From assembly GCA_036679605.1 (NCBI GenBank), contig JAZDCZ010000243.1, positions 62,721 to 126,720 on the forward strand: 64,000 bases of DNA, in the 5' to 3' direction. Under the pieces are notes generated by a model. It did no database searches and had not been told where the DNA came from. It saw nothing but the letters and a program-made list of their open reading frames with translations. Positions 19,433 through 30,103 of this stretch are shown piece by piece. Every line of letters begins with the position of its first letter. Positions within the stretch are counted from its first letter, which is position 1. Origin of the DNA: Gemmatimonadota bacterium (lineage in GTDB: Bacteria > Gemmatimonadota > Gemmatimonadetes > Gemmatimonadales > GWC2-71-9). The position numbers were made by a program, and so were the translations under genes.

Positions 19433-22400
19433 ATGGATATGAGAGTGTGTAGCAGGATAGTCTTGCCGCTTGCTGTGGCGCTGGCAATGGCGGTGTTCCC
19501 GGCGCAGGCCGATGGCCAGGTAGGCGGCACCACGGACATCCTTACCGGCGTTGTCGTCAGCGCCGATGGCATTCCGCTTGCCGGCGTGTTGGTCGAGGCG
19601 TTCTCGCTTGAGACCGAAATCAGCAGAACCACCAGAACGGACCGCCGCGGCCGGTATTCGATCCTATTCCCGGACGGCGGCGGGCAGTATCGCATGAGCG
19701 CTAGGGCGGTCGGGATGGCACCGCAAACCGTTGTGTTGGCTCGGTTCGCGGACGAGGACCGCATTGTCTGGGATGTCGAACTTGCGGAACTGGGCTTCGG
19801 TTTGGATACTGTCACGATTCGAGGGACTCGGCGGCCGGTGGTAGTTCGCGACCGGCCCACTCCTGGTTCGATTGAACGCAATCTCTCGACCGATCTTATC
19901 GCCGGTCTGCCGATAGACCCGGAAGATCTCAATGTGCTAGCGACCTTGGTGCCCGGTGTCGTGGGAATCGATGCCACCGATAGCACCGGAGCTTCCTTCT
20001 CTGTGGCCGGCCAACGGCCTGACGCCAACAGCATTACGCTCGATGGCTTGAGTTTCAATTCGGGACAAGTACCCCAAGAGGGCCTGCGCAATACGCGGGT
20101 CGTTACGAGCACATACGACGTGTCGCGCGGAAGATTCAGCGGTGGTCTCATATCGTCGACCTCGCGGGGCGGATCGAACCGCGCTCAAGGGTCTTTCAGC
20201 TACAACTTGCGGGATGATGCACTGGCTGTCGAAACGGGAGAAACCTCCGCCTTCACATCCGCGTTCACGCAGCAGCAGTTCGGCGGCGGGTTCGGCGGTC
20301 CGCTCGTACGAAACAGATTGTTCGCATACGTCTCGGCGTCGGCTAGGCTACGAACCGATCCGCAGGCATCCCTCGCAGCAGCCACGAGCACGGACCTACA
20401 ACGACTCGGTGTCTCACCCGATTCGGTCGGTCGGTTCATGTCTATTGTCGATGGCTTGGGTGTGCCTTCCGATGGAAACTTACACGAAGACCGATCTAAC
20501 GATTTCGTTTCCACGCTGCTGCGTTTGGACTACCTGATCTCCAACAATCACACGCTCACGTTGCGGGGCGATTACCGCAGCCAGAGCCAAGAGCCCTCAC
20601 GACTGTCGGCTTTCGCGCTTCCGCAGACCGGTGGCGACAACGAATCGACCGGCGGCGGCCTCATGGCAAGCCTCTCGTCGCGCCTAGGTCTTCACTTCAT
20701 CAACCAAGTGCGTGCGTATGTATCCATGTCCAGTCGAAGTAGTGATCCGTTTACGTACGGTCCGCAAGGGCAGGTGCAAGTAGGTTCGCAACTCGAAGAT
20801 GGTACAGTGGGGATAAGGACCTTGTCCTTCGGTGGCAATACGAGGATGCCGGTGAGCGCGAGTAACAAGTCAGTAGAGATGACGAACGAACTATCATGGC
20901 TTCCCGGTACTGGAACACATAGAGTTAGGTTGGGCGGACTTTTTGGTTGGGAGCAGGCAGACAACATTAATTCCCGTAATCAGTTTGGAATCTTCAGCTT
21001 CAACTCGCTGGATGAATTGGAGACCGGTACTGCCGCCTTGTTCAGAAGGACTTTGGCTCCGGATGAAAGATCGAGTCAGGCAATCGACTATGCGATCTAC
21101 GCCGGGGACGTGTGGCGGGCGTCGCGGGCGGTCCAGTTGACATACGGACTTCGACTTGAGGGCTCGACGTTCCGCAATCCGCCGGCGTTCAATCCGGCGT
21201 TGGACTCGGCACTTGGAATTCGCACCGATCGACTGCCTTCCGAAGTCGATCTCAGCCCCAGAGTGGGTTTCACCTGGACGATCGGAGGTACGAGCTTCAG
21301 ATCGCCGCCAGACCTAATCGTGCGCGGCGGAGTGGGCAGGTTTCGCAGTCCGATCTCATTGAATCTCGTATCTCAGACTCAGACGGCCACGGGGCTTTCC
21401 GACTCGGAAGCGGAGCTGAACTGTGTCGGTGCGGCGATTCCAACTCCTGACTGGAACGCCTACGATGCCGACGGAAACTCCATTCCCACCACCTGCAATG
21501 GACCGAGCACGCCGAGGTCAGTTAGAGCACCGAGCGCCACCGTGTTCGAGAATTCTTTCAGGGCTGCAAAGAGCTGGAGGGGGTCACTTGGGATCCAGCG
21601 CAACCTGACGTCGCTGTTGCGGCTTTCGGTGAATGCGAGTTACGCCAGGGGTGTGAGCCAATACGGATTCCGGGATCTCAACCTCAATACGAATGCCGGA
21701 TTTCAACTCCCGTCCGAACAGGGCAGACCCGTATTCGTCGATCCGGCTTTGGTCGTGCCGTCTACGGGAGCGGTACGTCTCAGCGATTCGCGGATCAACA
21801 CGGAGTTTTCACAAGTGCTGGACATTGGTTCGGACCTGGAATCTGAAACCAAGCAACTGTCGGTGTCGTTGGGCGGCATCACGCGAACCGGGATCGTCGT
21901 TCAAACATCGTACACGTGGTCGAACGTGCGCGATCAATCGTCTCAATCCGTACGATTCGGGAGCGGTAGTTTGGGTGGGGCGACGACCGGGGGGAACCCC
22001 AATGTGAGAGAGTGGAGCCGCAGCTCGTTCGAGCGGAAGCATTCGTTCCTGACCACCATTAGTTATCCATTTGGTACGAACCTGGAGGTGACGGCCATCG
22101 GCCGGCTTAGTTCGGGCAGGCCGTATACTCCGATGGTTGCGACGGACATAAACGGAGACGGATCCCGCAACGACAGGGCGTTCATCCCGCTTTCAGGGAT
22201 GTCACCGGGTATCGCACGGCTACTCGAAAGTTCCTCGGCTGGTGGAAAGAACTGTTTGCGGAGTCAGCAGGGGCAAATTGCCGCTCGCAACAGCTGTACG
22301 GGGCCATGGGAAGCGTCATTCGATCTCCAGATGAATTACAGACCCAACTTCTTGGGAATGAACCGGAACGTGTCGTTCTCGCTCACTACGCTCAATCTGT

Positions 22401-23110
22401 TGCGAGGAATCGACGAGCTGATCCACGGCACTGACGGTGCGCACGGTTGGGGTCTGAGAGCGAGACCGGATCAAACCCTGCTATTCGTGGAAGCGTTCGA
22501 TCCTAGCACCAATGAGTTCGTCTACAGGGTGAATGAGAGATTTGGTGCGACCGACCAACGCGCCAACGCATTCCGTACGCCGTTTCAGGTCGGCATTCAG
22601 GTACGTGCATCGTTTGGTCCCAACCGTGGACGAGCTGCTCTCGACAGGTTGCGGGGTGGTGGTGGGGGTAGGGGAGCAGGTGGTCGTGGCGGTGGCCGGG
22701 GCGGCGCCGGCGGTTTTCGAGGTGGCGGCGGTGGTTTCACAGCCGATGATTTCCTCGATCGATTCCAGGCTTTGCTCGTTAACCCGGCCGGAGTCGCCCT
22801 GGAGCTAAGTGACTCGCTGAAGTTGACTGCGTCCCAAGTCATCCGCCTGACCGCACTGCGTGATTCGCTCACGAGCCAGAACGACAGCTTGGCCGAGGTA
22901 CTGCAGTCCGAACTGGAAGGGGCCGGGGGCAATGAGAATCCACGCGGCTTGATCCAATTGATTAGGCCGCGAATGCAGGAAGCTCAAGAGAATGCGAGAG
23001 CCAGCCTGGATAAACTCCGCGACGTTCTAACCAAAGAGCAGTGGGAGCTTCTTCCTAAGTCACTAAAGGAGGCAGGTGACGCCCGCCAAGGCCGACGTGG
23101 CGCGGGTTAG
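19433..23110 (+). CDS. TonB-dependent receptor-like outer membrane protein (Oar type, carboxypeptidase-regulatory N-domain)
   Basis: Signal peptide; TDRRGRY, GRFSGGLI, QQQFGGGFGGPL, LTYGLRLE and DINGDG motifs. Confidence 0.85.
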   Translation: MDMRVCSRIVLPLAVALAMAVFPAQADGQVGGTTDILTGVVVSADGIPLAGVLVEAFSLETEISRTTRTDRRGRYSILFPDGGGQYRMSARAVGMAPQTVVLARFADEDRIVWDVELAELGFGLDTVTIRGTRRPVVVRDRPTPGSIERNLSTDLIAGLPIDPEDLNVLATLVPGVVGIDATDSTGASFSVAGQRPDANSITLDGLSFNSGQVPQEGLRNTRVVTSTYDVSRGRFSGGLISSTSRGGSNRAQGSFSYNLRDDALAVETGETSAFTSAFTQQQFGGGFGGPLVRNRLFAYVSASARLRTDPQASLAAATSTDLQRLGVSPDSVGRFMSIVDGLGVPSDGNLHEDRSNDFVSTLLRLDYLISNNHTLTLRGDYRSQSQEPSRLSAFALPQTGGDNESTGGGLMASLSSRLGLHFINQVRAYVSMSSRSSDPFTYGPQGQVQVGSQLEDGTVGIRTLSFGGNTRMPVSASNKSVEMTNELSWLPGTGTHRVRLGGLFGWEQADNINSRNQFGIFSFNSLDELETGTAALFRRTLAPDERSSQAIDYAIYAGDVWRASRAVQLTYGLRLEGSTFRNPPAFNPALDSALGIRTDRLPSEVDLSPRVGFTWTIGGTSFRSPPDLIVRGGVGRFRSPISLNLVSQTQTATGLSDSEAELNCVGAAIPTPDWNAYDADGNSIPTTCNGPSTPRSVRAPSATVFENSFRAAKSWRGSLGIQRNLTSLLRLSVNASYARGVSQYGFRDLNLNTNAGFQLPSEQGRPVFVDPALVVPSTGAVRLSDSRINTEFSQVLDIGSDLESETKQLSVSLGGITRTGIVVQTSYTWSNVRDQSSQSVRFGSGSLGGATTGGNPNVREWSRSSFERKHSFLTTISYPFGTNLEVTAIGRLSSGRPYTPMVATDINGDGSRNDRAFIPLSGMSPGIARLLESSSAGGKNCLRSQQGQIAARNSCTGPWEASFDLQMNYRPNFLGMNRNVSFSLTTLNLLRGIDELIHGTDGAHGWGLRARPDQTLLFVEAFDPSTNEFVYRVNERFGATDQRANAFRTPFQVGIQVRASFGPNRGRAALDRLRGGGGGRGAGGRGGGRGGAGGFRGGGGGFTADDFLDRFQALLVNPAGVALELSDSLKLTASQVIRLTALRDSLTSQNDSLAEVLQSELEGAGGNENPRGLIQLIRPRMQEAQENARASLDKLRDVLTKEQWELLPKSLKEAGDARQGRRGAG

Positions 23111-23124
23111 ATCTGCACAACCCC

Positions 23125-25557
23125 CTATTCGACCTGTAGTGCCACCACTGGATCGATCTTAGTTGCCCGGCGGGCCGGTAGGTAGCAGGCGACGAGCCCC
23201 ACCAGAGCCAAGATGCCGCTGACCCCAAGAATGGGCGTCAGGTCAATCGACCTCGCAAAGGTGAGCCCATTGGAGCTACCTGCTGCCATGATCTTGCCGA
23301 TCGCTCCGACGACCAGCACAGCACCCGGAACACCCATCAATAGTCCCACCCCTGCCAGTGTAATACCCTGGCTGGCCACTTTGGCCAGGACCTGTCTGGG
23401 ACTGGCACCGAGCGCCATGCGGATACCCAGCTCATTGGTGCGTTGTGAGACAGAATATGACATTACGCCGTAGATGCCGACGGCGGCAAGTCCCAAGGCG
23501 AGTAACCCGACTATTACCAAAATCGCAGCCATGAAATTTGGCCCTGCCAGCATCGATTTGAAGTGTTCCTCCATGGTTGTCACCGACGTAATAGGTTGAT
23601 CGGAATCGATTTCCCAAACGGCTTCTTGTACGGGTGCAGCGAGCACATGCGGGTCACCGTTGGCACGAATCGCCATAAAGATTCGCTGGACAGGTCGCTG
23701 CGCGATGGGGAAGTAAACCACACTCAAGGTGGGCTGTAGTCCGGAGAGCCGCTGCAGAGCGATGTTGTTCGTGACGCCGACTATTTCTCGCGAGGTCTCT
23801 TGGATGGTGATTCGCTCACCTACCGGGCTATTTCCTTCGAAAAACTGATCGACCATGCGCTGATTGACGATCACCACCGGCGGCGCATCTGCACGATCGG
23901 CGTTAGAAAAACTTCGTCCGCTGCGCAGCGAGATACCCATCGTGTTGAAGTAATTCAAGTCGACTGAGAGCCAAGCCGTGTTCGGCTTGCTGTCCTCGTC
24001 GATCAGACGGCCGTCAATCGCAAACTCTGTCGATGGCACGCCTCGGCTGCGAGGAAGGGTGCTCATCAGTGCGAGCCCCGAAGAACCCGATACGTTACTG
24101 ATTTTTCTGTGCAGCTCCTCAGTAAACGCAATCTTCGATGCATCGTCTTCGTATTTGTGTTCGGGGAGAGTGAGTTCGACGGTCAGTAGGTTCGTCACAT
24201 CGAACCCAGGATCGATGTCCAATCGCTGATGGAACAGGTCGGTCAACACCGCGGCTCCAATCAAGATCGTTAGCGCCAAAGCAAATTCTACCATTACAAA
24301 GGCATTTCTGACTCGTCTCTTTCCCTTGGTCGCGGTCCCACCGCGACTCGTCTCGACAAGGGCAGATCGTAATTTGCCACCTACCGCTTGTACGGCTGGC
24401 GTAATGCCGAACGTCAGTCCGGCGAGCAAGGAGACACCCATGCTGAATGCCACAACCGTGCTATCGAACTGCGGCATGAAGATGCCCGGAATTTCGGACG
24501 GAAGGGCTCGTACGAGAGAGGCGACTCCCCACATCGATAACACCGTGCCAAGTGCGCCGGCCATCAGGGCGAGCACTATGCTCTCCGTCATGAGCTGCCG
24601 TACCAACCGGCCCTTACCTGCGCCCAGAGCAACTCGAACCGCAATCTCCTTGTGTCGAGCGTCGGTTTTGGCCATTAGTAAGCCGGCAACGTTGACGCAT
24701 GCGATCACAAGAACCAGAGATACAACCGCCATCAGTAGTTGGATCAATGCTCTATCTGTTGTGCCGGGAAACGCTTCGCGGAGCGTCTCAATGTTCACTC
24801 CATAGTTGGTGTTCGTCTCAGGGTAGAGCTCCTTCAGGCGCGACGCTACGGCAGTCATTTCGGATTGAGCTTGAGACGGAACTATGCCTGGCTTGAGTCG
24901 TGCGGTCACGACGAGTGTGTGATCGGTCCGGTCGTCCCGTCGGTTCTCGAAGTCAGTCGCCTGCCACAGGTTGACCGATCCCACCAAGAAGTCGAACGTC
25001 TCCGGCATGACACCCACTACCGTGACAGAGCTGCCGTCGAGAGTGAGGATCGTGTTCAAGATATCCGATCTCGCACCGAACCGATTTCTCCACAGTGTTT
25101 CACTGAGCACTGCGACCGGCGCGTCCTCGTCCCCCCCTTCGCTCTCGAGAAAGGTTCGTCCAAGAATCGGACTTGCCCCAAGCAGGCTGAAGAAATTCGG
25201 GGTGACGTCAGCAACCGTAAGCTGTTCAGGTCGATCGACGCTTGTAAGATTGGCAGTAGTGAAATCGGCCGCGATAAGTGCGTCGAAGGAAGTCGATTGC
25301 TGCTTCCAGTCAAGGAAATTTGCCGGCGTTACAGCCTCGAAGTCGCTTGCTTCTGAGAGTTCGTTCTCCCAGACCATCACCATCCTGTCTGCCTCCGGAT
25401 ACGGCAATGGCCTGAGGAGCCATGAGTTCAAGATGCTGAAGATCGTCGTGTTAGCTGCCACCCCAATTGCAAGCGATACGATCGCGATTCCCGTCACTAC
25501 CGGCGTCTTAACGATCATGCGGAAAGCATAGAGCACGTCCCTAAGTAGCGTGTTCAT
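23125..25557 (-). CDS. Duplicated MacB/FtsX-type ABC permease (ADOP family)
   Basis: IACVNVAGL, EIAVRVALGA, GIRMALGA and PARRATKIDP motifs. Confidence 0.92.
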   Translation of the reverse strand: MNTLLRDVLYAFRMIVKTPVVTGIAIVSLAIGVAANTTIFSILNSWLLRPLPYPEADRMVMVWENELSEASDFEAVTPANFLDWKQQSTSFDALIAADFTTANLTSVDRPEQLTVADVTPNFFSLLGASPILGRTFLESEGGDEDAPVAVLSETLWRNRFGARSDILNTILTLDGSSVTVVGVMPETFDFLVGSVNLWQATDFENRRDDRTDHTLVVTARLKPGIVPSQAQSEMTAVASRLKELYPETNTNYGVNIETLREAFPGTTDRALIQLLMAVVSLVLVIACVNVAGLLMAKTDARHKEIAVRVALGAGKGRLVRQLMTESIVLALMAGALGTVLSMWGVASLVRALPSEIPGIFMPQFDSTVVAFSMGVSLLAGLTFGITPAVQAVGGKLRSALVETSRGGTATKGKRRVRNAFVMVEFALALTILIGAAVLTDLFHQRLDIDPGFDVTNLLTVELTLPEHKYEDDASKIAFTEELHRKISNVSGSSGLALMSTLPRSRGVPSTEFAIDGRLIDEDSKPNTAWLSVDLNYFNTMGISLRSGRSFSNADRADAPPVVIVNQRMVDQFFEGNSPVGERITIQETSREIVGVTNNIALQRLSGLQPTLSVVYFPIAQRPVQRIFMAIRANGDPHVLAAPVQEAVWEIDSDQPITSVTTMEEHFKSMLAGPNFMAAILVIVGLLALGLAAVGIYGVMSYSVSQRTNELGIRMALGASPRQVLAKVASQGITLAGVGLLMGVPGAVLVVGAIGKIMAAGSSNGLTFARSIDLTPILGVSGILALVGLVACYLPARRATKIDPVVALQVE

Positions 25558-25632
25558 GGGTTCCGGCTTTCTCCTATTTCCCGCTAGTTAGTGTGTTCTT
25601 GTGGGCGGGATCCTTCCTTGTGCGGCATATCC

Positions 25633-25659
25633 TACGAGGGAGTAGTGGGAGGGGTTTCA
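25633..25659 (-). promoter_or_regulatory. Possible ECF sigma promoter for the permease
   Basis: TGAAAC-N17-CGTA on the minus strand, about 75 nt upstream of the ATG. Confidence 0.45.
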
Positions 25660-25714
25660 GATCAGCTGAGTGCGGGATTCAGCAGTACGTCAGTTGTGCG
25701 GAATAGCTGGGCGT

Positions 25715-27967
25715 CTAAACCACTCCGACCCGCTTGACGATTGCGTCGAACCGGGGGTCGGAACGCAACGGTGTGTAACCTGGATCTAAGTGCACGTAAA
25801 TCAGGCCGGCCGAGCGTGCCTGAAGGGCCCTTTCGAGATACGTGAGAGCCTCATCGTTCTTTCCCAATGCTGCGAAACCCATGGCAAGGATTTCGGAACG
25901 CATGTATTGCTGGCGTGCCTCTTCCTCTAACCTCCCCAGGATTGCTTCGGCTTCTTCAGGCTCGTCCATTGCGGCGAGGGCTCTAACAATGTGTGCATCG
26001 TATGACCGCACACTGGAATCACACGCTTGGCCCTTACGAAACCAGTCTAGCGCCTCCTCGGCGCTTCCTTGGGCCAGCAGTGAAGATCCGATATCGACAT
26101 AGGCTTGGAAGTACTGCGAATCGATCTCGATAGTCTTGTTGCTCTGAGCTACGGCCCCTTCGTAGTCTCCCGCATAGAGCAGAAATCGGCCCAGCCAGCG
26201 ACTGAAGAACGCAGACAGTGGATCGAGGTTGAGAGCTTTCCGCATCTCCTCGATTGCTTCGTCCAAGCGTCCGACCGTCGGCAATACACTACCGAAGACG
26301 AAACGAGCCTCAGCATAGTTGGGACTCGATGCAACGGCACGGCGAAGCTGTTGCTCGGCCCCGGCAAAATCCCATTCGTACCAGCACAGCACCTTGCCGA
26401 TGGATGTGAGCGCCTCTGTTAGTTCTGACTCTTGCTCCAACGCCCGTTGGGCCGCCGCCTTGGCCCGCGGATAGGCGTCGTCGGGCACGACCCAGTCATC
26501 GGCAAGGTTGCACCAGCAGTCGGCGATTCCCGCATATGCGCGTGCGTAGGCCGGATCCTGGAGTAGCGCTTTCTGGAAGAAGTCCAGGCCTTTCCGGATG
26601 TCCGGTTCGGTGAATTTGTTGAAGAAAAACCGTCCCTTCAGATAGAGAGTATATGCCTCCATGTTATCTGTTGTGGGGACGACAATCTGACCTGTGTCTC
26701 CAACGAGCTGCACTCTCAATGCATCTACAATGGCCCGCGAAATCTCATCTTGGATTGCGAAGACGTCTTCGAGCTGGCGATCGTAGGTCTCCGACCAAAG
26801 ATGGTACCCGTTGGCCACGTTGACGAGCTGAGCGGCGATTCTGATCCGGTTGCCCACCTTGCGTACGCTGCCTTCGAGCACGGATGCCACTCCCAACTTC
26901 TCTCCAATTAGGCGAATGTCTGTCACTTCACCCTTGAAAGCAAAGGATGAAGTTCGCGATGCCACTTGTACTCCAGGAACTTTTGCCAAGGCATTGATAA
27001 TTTCTTCCGTCATGCCGTCACTGAAGTATTCGTTCTCAGGGTCTGCACTCATATTGGCCAGGGGCAGGACTGCGATCGACTTTTGGGTAGGCGCGGTGTG
27101 TTTGGCTTCTGCCGGGGCGGCTTGTTGCGTACCACGGCCCGAGATCAGCCGCAGGGCCTTTACGAACTCTGCTGCCGATGCGAATCGGTCGACGGGGGTG
27201 CGAGCAAGAGCCCGAGCCACGGCATCGTCAACCGATTCTGGAACGTCGCGTGTGGTCCTGACCTTAGGTATGGGCGACACGAAGCGTTTGGTGATGATAG
27301 CCTGGGCGTTGGGCCCGGTGAATGGTTGCTCGCCGCTCAGCATCTCATAAAAGACACAGCCGAGGCTGTACAGGTCGGTGCGCCCATCGACTTCCCCTTC
27401 GCCCATCGCCTGCTCAGGACTCATATAGGCTGGTGTCCCAATCGCAATCCCCGTTTGGGTTATCGGTCCACCGGCATCGCTCAGGGCCTTGCCGATGCCG
27501 AAATCGGCTACCATCGCGGCCCCTTCATGGAGCAAAATGTTCTCAGGTTTGATATCTCTGTGAACAACCTTCTGGCGATGAGCGTAGTCGAGTGCTGAAG
27601 CGACCTCGAGTGCGATCCGGACCGCTTCCTCCAGCGCCAGCTGGCTCTCTCGATCCAAGCGCTCTCTCAGAGACTGGCCCTCCATGCTGGGCATTACGTA
27701 GAACAGCAGGCCATCGACCTCGCCCGAATCGTACAGGGGGAGGATGTGCGGGTGCGTAAGGCCGGCCGCGAGCTTGATTTCACGCAAAAAGCGCTCTGCT
27801 CCTATCTCGGAGCCGAGTTCGGGTCGTAGGGCCTTGAGCGCAACCTTGCGGTCGTGCCGTAGATCGTGGGCCAGGAATACGATGGCCATTCCACCCTGCC
27901 CTAGTTCTCGCTCGAGGGAATACTTGCCGGCAAGACCTGCTTCGAGGCGTTGTTGAAAACTGTTCAT
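25715..27967 (-). CDS. Ser/Thr protein kinase with TolB-like and TPR domains
   Basis: HRDIKPEN and DFG; SIAVLPLANMS...YFSDGMTEEII; TPR repeats. Confidence 0.92.
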   Translation of the reverse strand: MNSFQQRLEAGLAGKYSLERELGQGGMAIVFLAHDLRHDRKVALKALRPELGSEIGAERFLREIKLAAGLTHPHILPLYDSGEVDGLLFYVMPSMEGQSLRERLDRESQLALEEAVRIALEVASALDYAHRQKVVHRDIKPENILLHEGAAMVADFGIGKALSDAGGPITQTGIAIGTPAYMSPEQAMGEGEVDGRTDLYSLGCVFYEMLSGEQPFTGPNAQAIITKRFVSPIPKVRTTRDVPESVDDAVARALARTPVDRFASAAEFVKALRLISGRGTQQAAPAEAKHTAPTQKSIAVLPLANMSADPENEYFSDGMTEEIINALAKVPGVQVASRTSSFAFKGEVTDIRLIGEKLGVASVLEGSVRKVGNRIRIAAQLVNVANGYHLWSETYDRQLEDVFAIQDEISRAIVDALRVQLVGDTGQIVVPTTDNMEAYTLYLKGRFFFNKFTEPDIRKGLDFFQKALLQDPAYARAYAGIADCWCNLADDWVVPDDAYPRAKAAAQRALEQESELTEALTSIGKVLCWYEWDFAGAEQQLRRAVASSPNYAEARFVFGSVLPTVGRLDEAIEEMRKALNLDPLSAFFSRWLGRFLLYAGDYEGAVAQSNKTIEIDSQYFQAYVDIGSSLLAQGSAEEALDWFRKGQACDSSVRSYDAHIVRALAAMDEPEEAEAILGRLEEEARQQYMRSEILAMGFAALGKNDEALTYLERALQARSAGLIYVHLDPGYTPLRSDPRFDAIVKRVGVV

Positions 27968-28021
27968 AGGCCACCTAAGATGTAGCGAGACACCTCGTGC
28001 TGCCAGTGGCCAGGTCCGTGG

Positions 28022-28468
28022 CTATTGAGTGGTGGTGATGTAACGCAGGATCTCGACTACAGCCTCGGGCGTTTCAGCAACCGCTAGTGCTGCAGCATCG
28101 ACTTCCTTCAAGGGATGAGTCAGTTCGTGGTCGTGTAGTGTGATGATGGGTTTCTTGAGTGCTGCTGCATAACCTGCATCGAAGGCTGCGTTCCATTGTC
28201 TGTACTTGTCTCCAAACTTTACGATCACGATATCAGAACGCTCGATCATCGTTCTGGTTCTCATGGTGTTTATTTTTCCGCCCTTGTGATCTCTCCAGAA
28301 CGGCTTTTCCTCTTTTCCTAAGATCTCCACTCCGACTGCATCACTTGCCGGATGATCCGTCACGGGCGAAAGAGTACTCACGGGCAGTTTGGCAGCAGCA
28401 ATCCCATCCTCGATTTGCTTTCTCCAGTCCGAGTGAATCTCACCGGCCAGATAGATGGTTAACTCCAA
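28022..28468 (-). CDS. YtoQ family protein
   Basis: IYLAGEIHSDWR, KYRQWNAAFDAGYA and HPLKEVD motifs. Confidence 0.88.
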   Translation of the reverse strand: MELTIYLAGEIHSDWRKQIEDGIAAAKLPVSTLSPVTDHPASDAVGVEILGKEEKPFWRDHKGGKINTMRTRTMIERSDIVIVKFGDKYRQWNAAFDAGYAAALKKPIITLHDHELTHPLKEVDAAALAVAETPEAVVEILRYITTTQ

Positions 28469-28513
28469 TTACTCCTGCCAGATGCGATGATGAATGTCGG
28501 TGAGAACGCAGTC

Positions 28514-30103
28514 TCACGGTGCCGGTCTGAGTTGTTGCTCCCACACTTGTCCTAATCGCGCCATGATAGCGGCATATCGCTCGATCCCCTCCCACAGATT
28601 CTGAATCCGCAAGTTCTCGTTGGCCGCGTGTTGATTGTTGTCATGGTTCACCATGGGCACTGTGATTAGCGGGACTCCAAGTGCGCCCTCGAACTCGAAG
28701 AGCGGAAGGCTACCACCCAGCAACGGAACCGTGACGATCTTTTCGTCCGCAGCCTCTTGGACAACCCGAACGATTGACCGGGAGATCGGAAGATCCATCG
28801 ATGTTCTCATTGCCGGGTAGCCTGGGGCCCAATTGACTTGTGCAACTTTTTCGTGGCTGCGCCGAGTTGCAGTATCCGGCTCTTGATGCACTATGTAGAA
28901 ACCTTGATCTCTGATGTGGCGCTCGACCAGTTCGCGTACGCGCTCAGGTGATTGATCCGGCACTAGCCGGAAATCGACGTTGGCTGTGGCGCTAGATGGA
29001 ATTGCATTGCGAGCGTTGCGGCCCACACTGCCGGCTGCCATCCCTTCGAAGTTCATTGCCGGCAGCATTATTTGCTCCATGAGGCGCGCGCCGTTTCCTA
29101 GGGTCCGGCCGAGTGACAGTTCGCTCTTCAGTATCGACTCGATATCTGGTGCAGAGGCCGCGATGCTGCGCTCGGTTTTCGTCACGGGGCGGACGTCGTC
29201 GTAGAAGTCCTCAATGAGGATTCTTCCTTCCTCGTCCCGCATGCCGGCCAGCAAGCGGGTCAGCATCACCATGGGATTGGGTGCCCAGTTACCGTAGTGC
29301 CCGGAGTGAAGCACACGCGTTGCGCCGTAGGTCGTGATCGCCATTCCCATTACGCCACGCACCCCAAAAACGACTTGTGGGATCCTTGTCTGGTGGACGG
29401 GGCCATCGCAGAAAATCCACGCGTCCCCGGTCAAAAACTCCTCATATCTTCTCAGGTAGGCTCCCACATGAGCGGACCCTGCCTCTTCCTCCCCTTCGAA
29501 GAAAAACTTGAGGTTCATCGAGAGCGGTATGCCGTTCGCGTTGAGGGCATCGATGGCTCGCAGCATCGCTATTATGGGTGATTTATCGTCACTTGCGGAG
29601 CGGGCATAGATACGCCACTCCGGATCAATGCCGGTTCTAATCGTGTCCCAGGGCAGTTGTAGGCCACCGGCTTCCAAGATGCCACTTCTCAGTGTGGGAC
29701 TCCAGGGGGGATTTTCCCAGCGTGCGGTGTCGACCGGTTGTCCATCGTAATGCGCGTAAAAGACTACGGTTTTCTGGGCGTTGGGTGCACGGAGTTCGCC
29801 CATTACTACCGGAGAGCTGCCCTCAACCTCTAGTATTCGGGCCTGGGCGCCACGTTTCTGCAGCAGTTCGACGAGGTGCTCTGCGTTCCGCACGATGTTA
29901 GCCCGATCTCGTGCCACATTCGGGATCGCGAGCAATTCGCGTAGCTCATTTATGATATCAACTTCGTGGTCGCTTCGGTAATTTCTGACAGCCTCCCGTA
30001 CCGAGCCGGCGTCAGGTCCTTGTGCGGCAACCACAGTGCAGGGGACCGCGGCGGACGTCAGTCCTGCAAGGGTCAGGAGTGTTCTGGAACTCAAGGTTCG
30101 CAC
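28514..30103 (-). CDS. Exported M20/M25/M40 metallopeptidase
   Basis: YAHYDGQP, ARSASDDK, EGEEEAGS and HAANEN motifs. GTG start with GAGGAGGAG RBS overlaps the upstream stop. Confidence 0.9.
   Translation of the reverse strand: MRTLSSRTLLTLAGLTSAAVPCTVVAAQGPDAGSVREAVRNYRSDHEVDIINELRELLAIPNVARDRANIVRNAEHLVELLQKRGAQARILEVEGSSPVVMGELRAPNAQKTVVFYAHYDGQPVDTARWENPPWSPTLRSGILEAGGLQLPWDTIRTGIDPEWRIYARSASDDKSPIIAMLRAIDALNANGIPLSMNLKFFFEGEEEAGSAHVGAYLRRYEEFLTGDAWIFCDGPVHQTRIPQVVFGVRGVMGMAITTYGATRVLHSGHYGNWAPNPMVMLTRLLAGMRDEEGRILIEDFYDDVRPVTKTERSIAASAPDIESILKSELSLGRTLGNGARLMEQIMLPAMNFEGMAAGSVGRNARNAIPSSATANVDFRLVPDQSPERVRELVERHIRDQGFYIVHQEPDTATRRSHEKVAQVNWAPGYPAMRTSMDLPISRSIVRVVQEAADEKIVTVPLLGGSLPLFEFEGALGVPLITVPMVNHDNNQHAANENLRIQNLWEGIERYAAIMARLGQVWEQQLRPAP

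Noticed and set aside
19291..20151. N-terminal 287-aa extension of the kinase ORF
   Set aside because: It is antisense to the TonB receptor gene; recognisable domains begin at ATG 19290.
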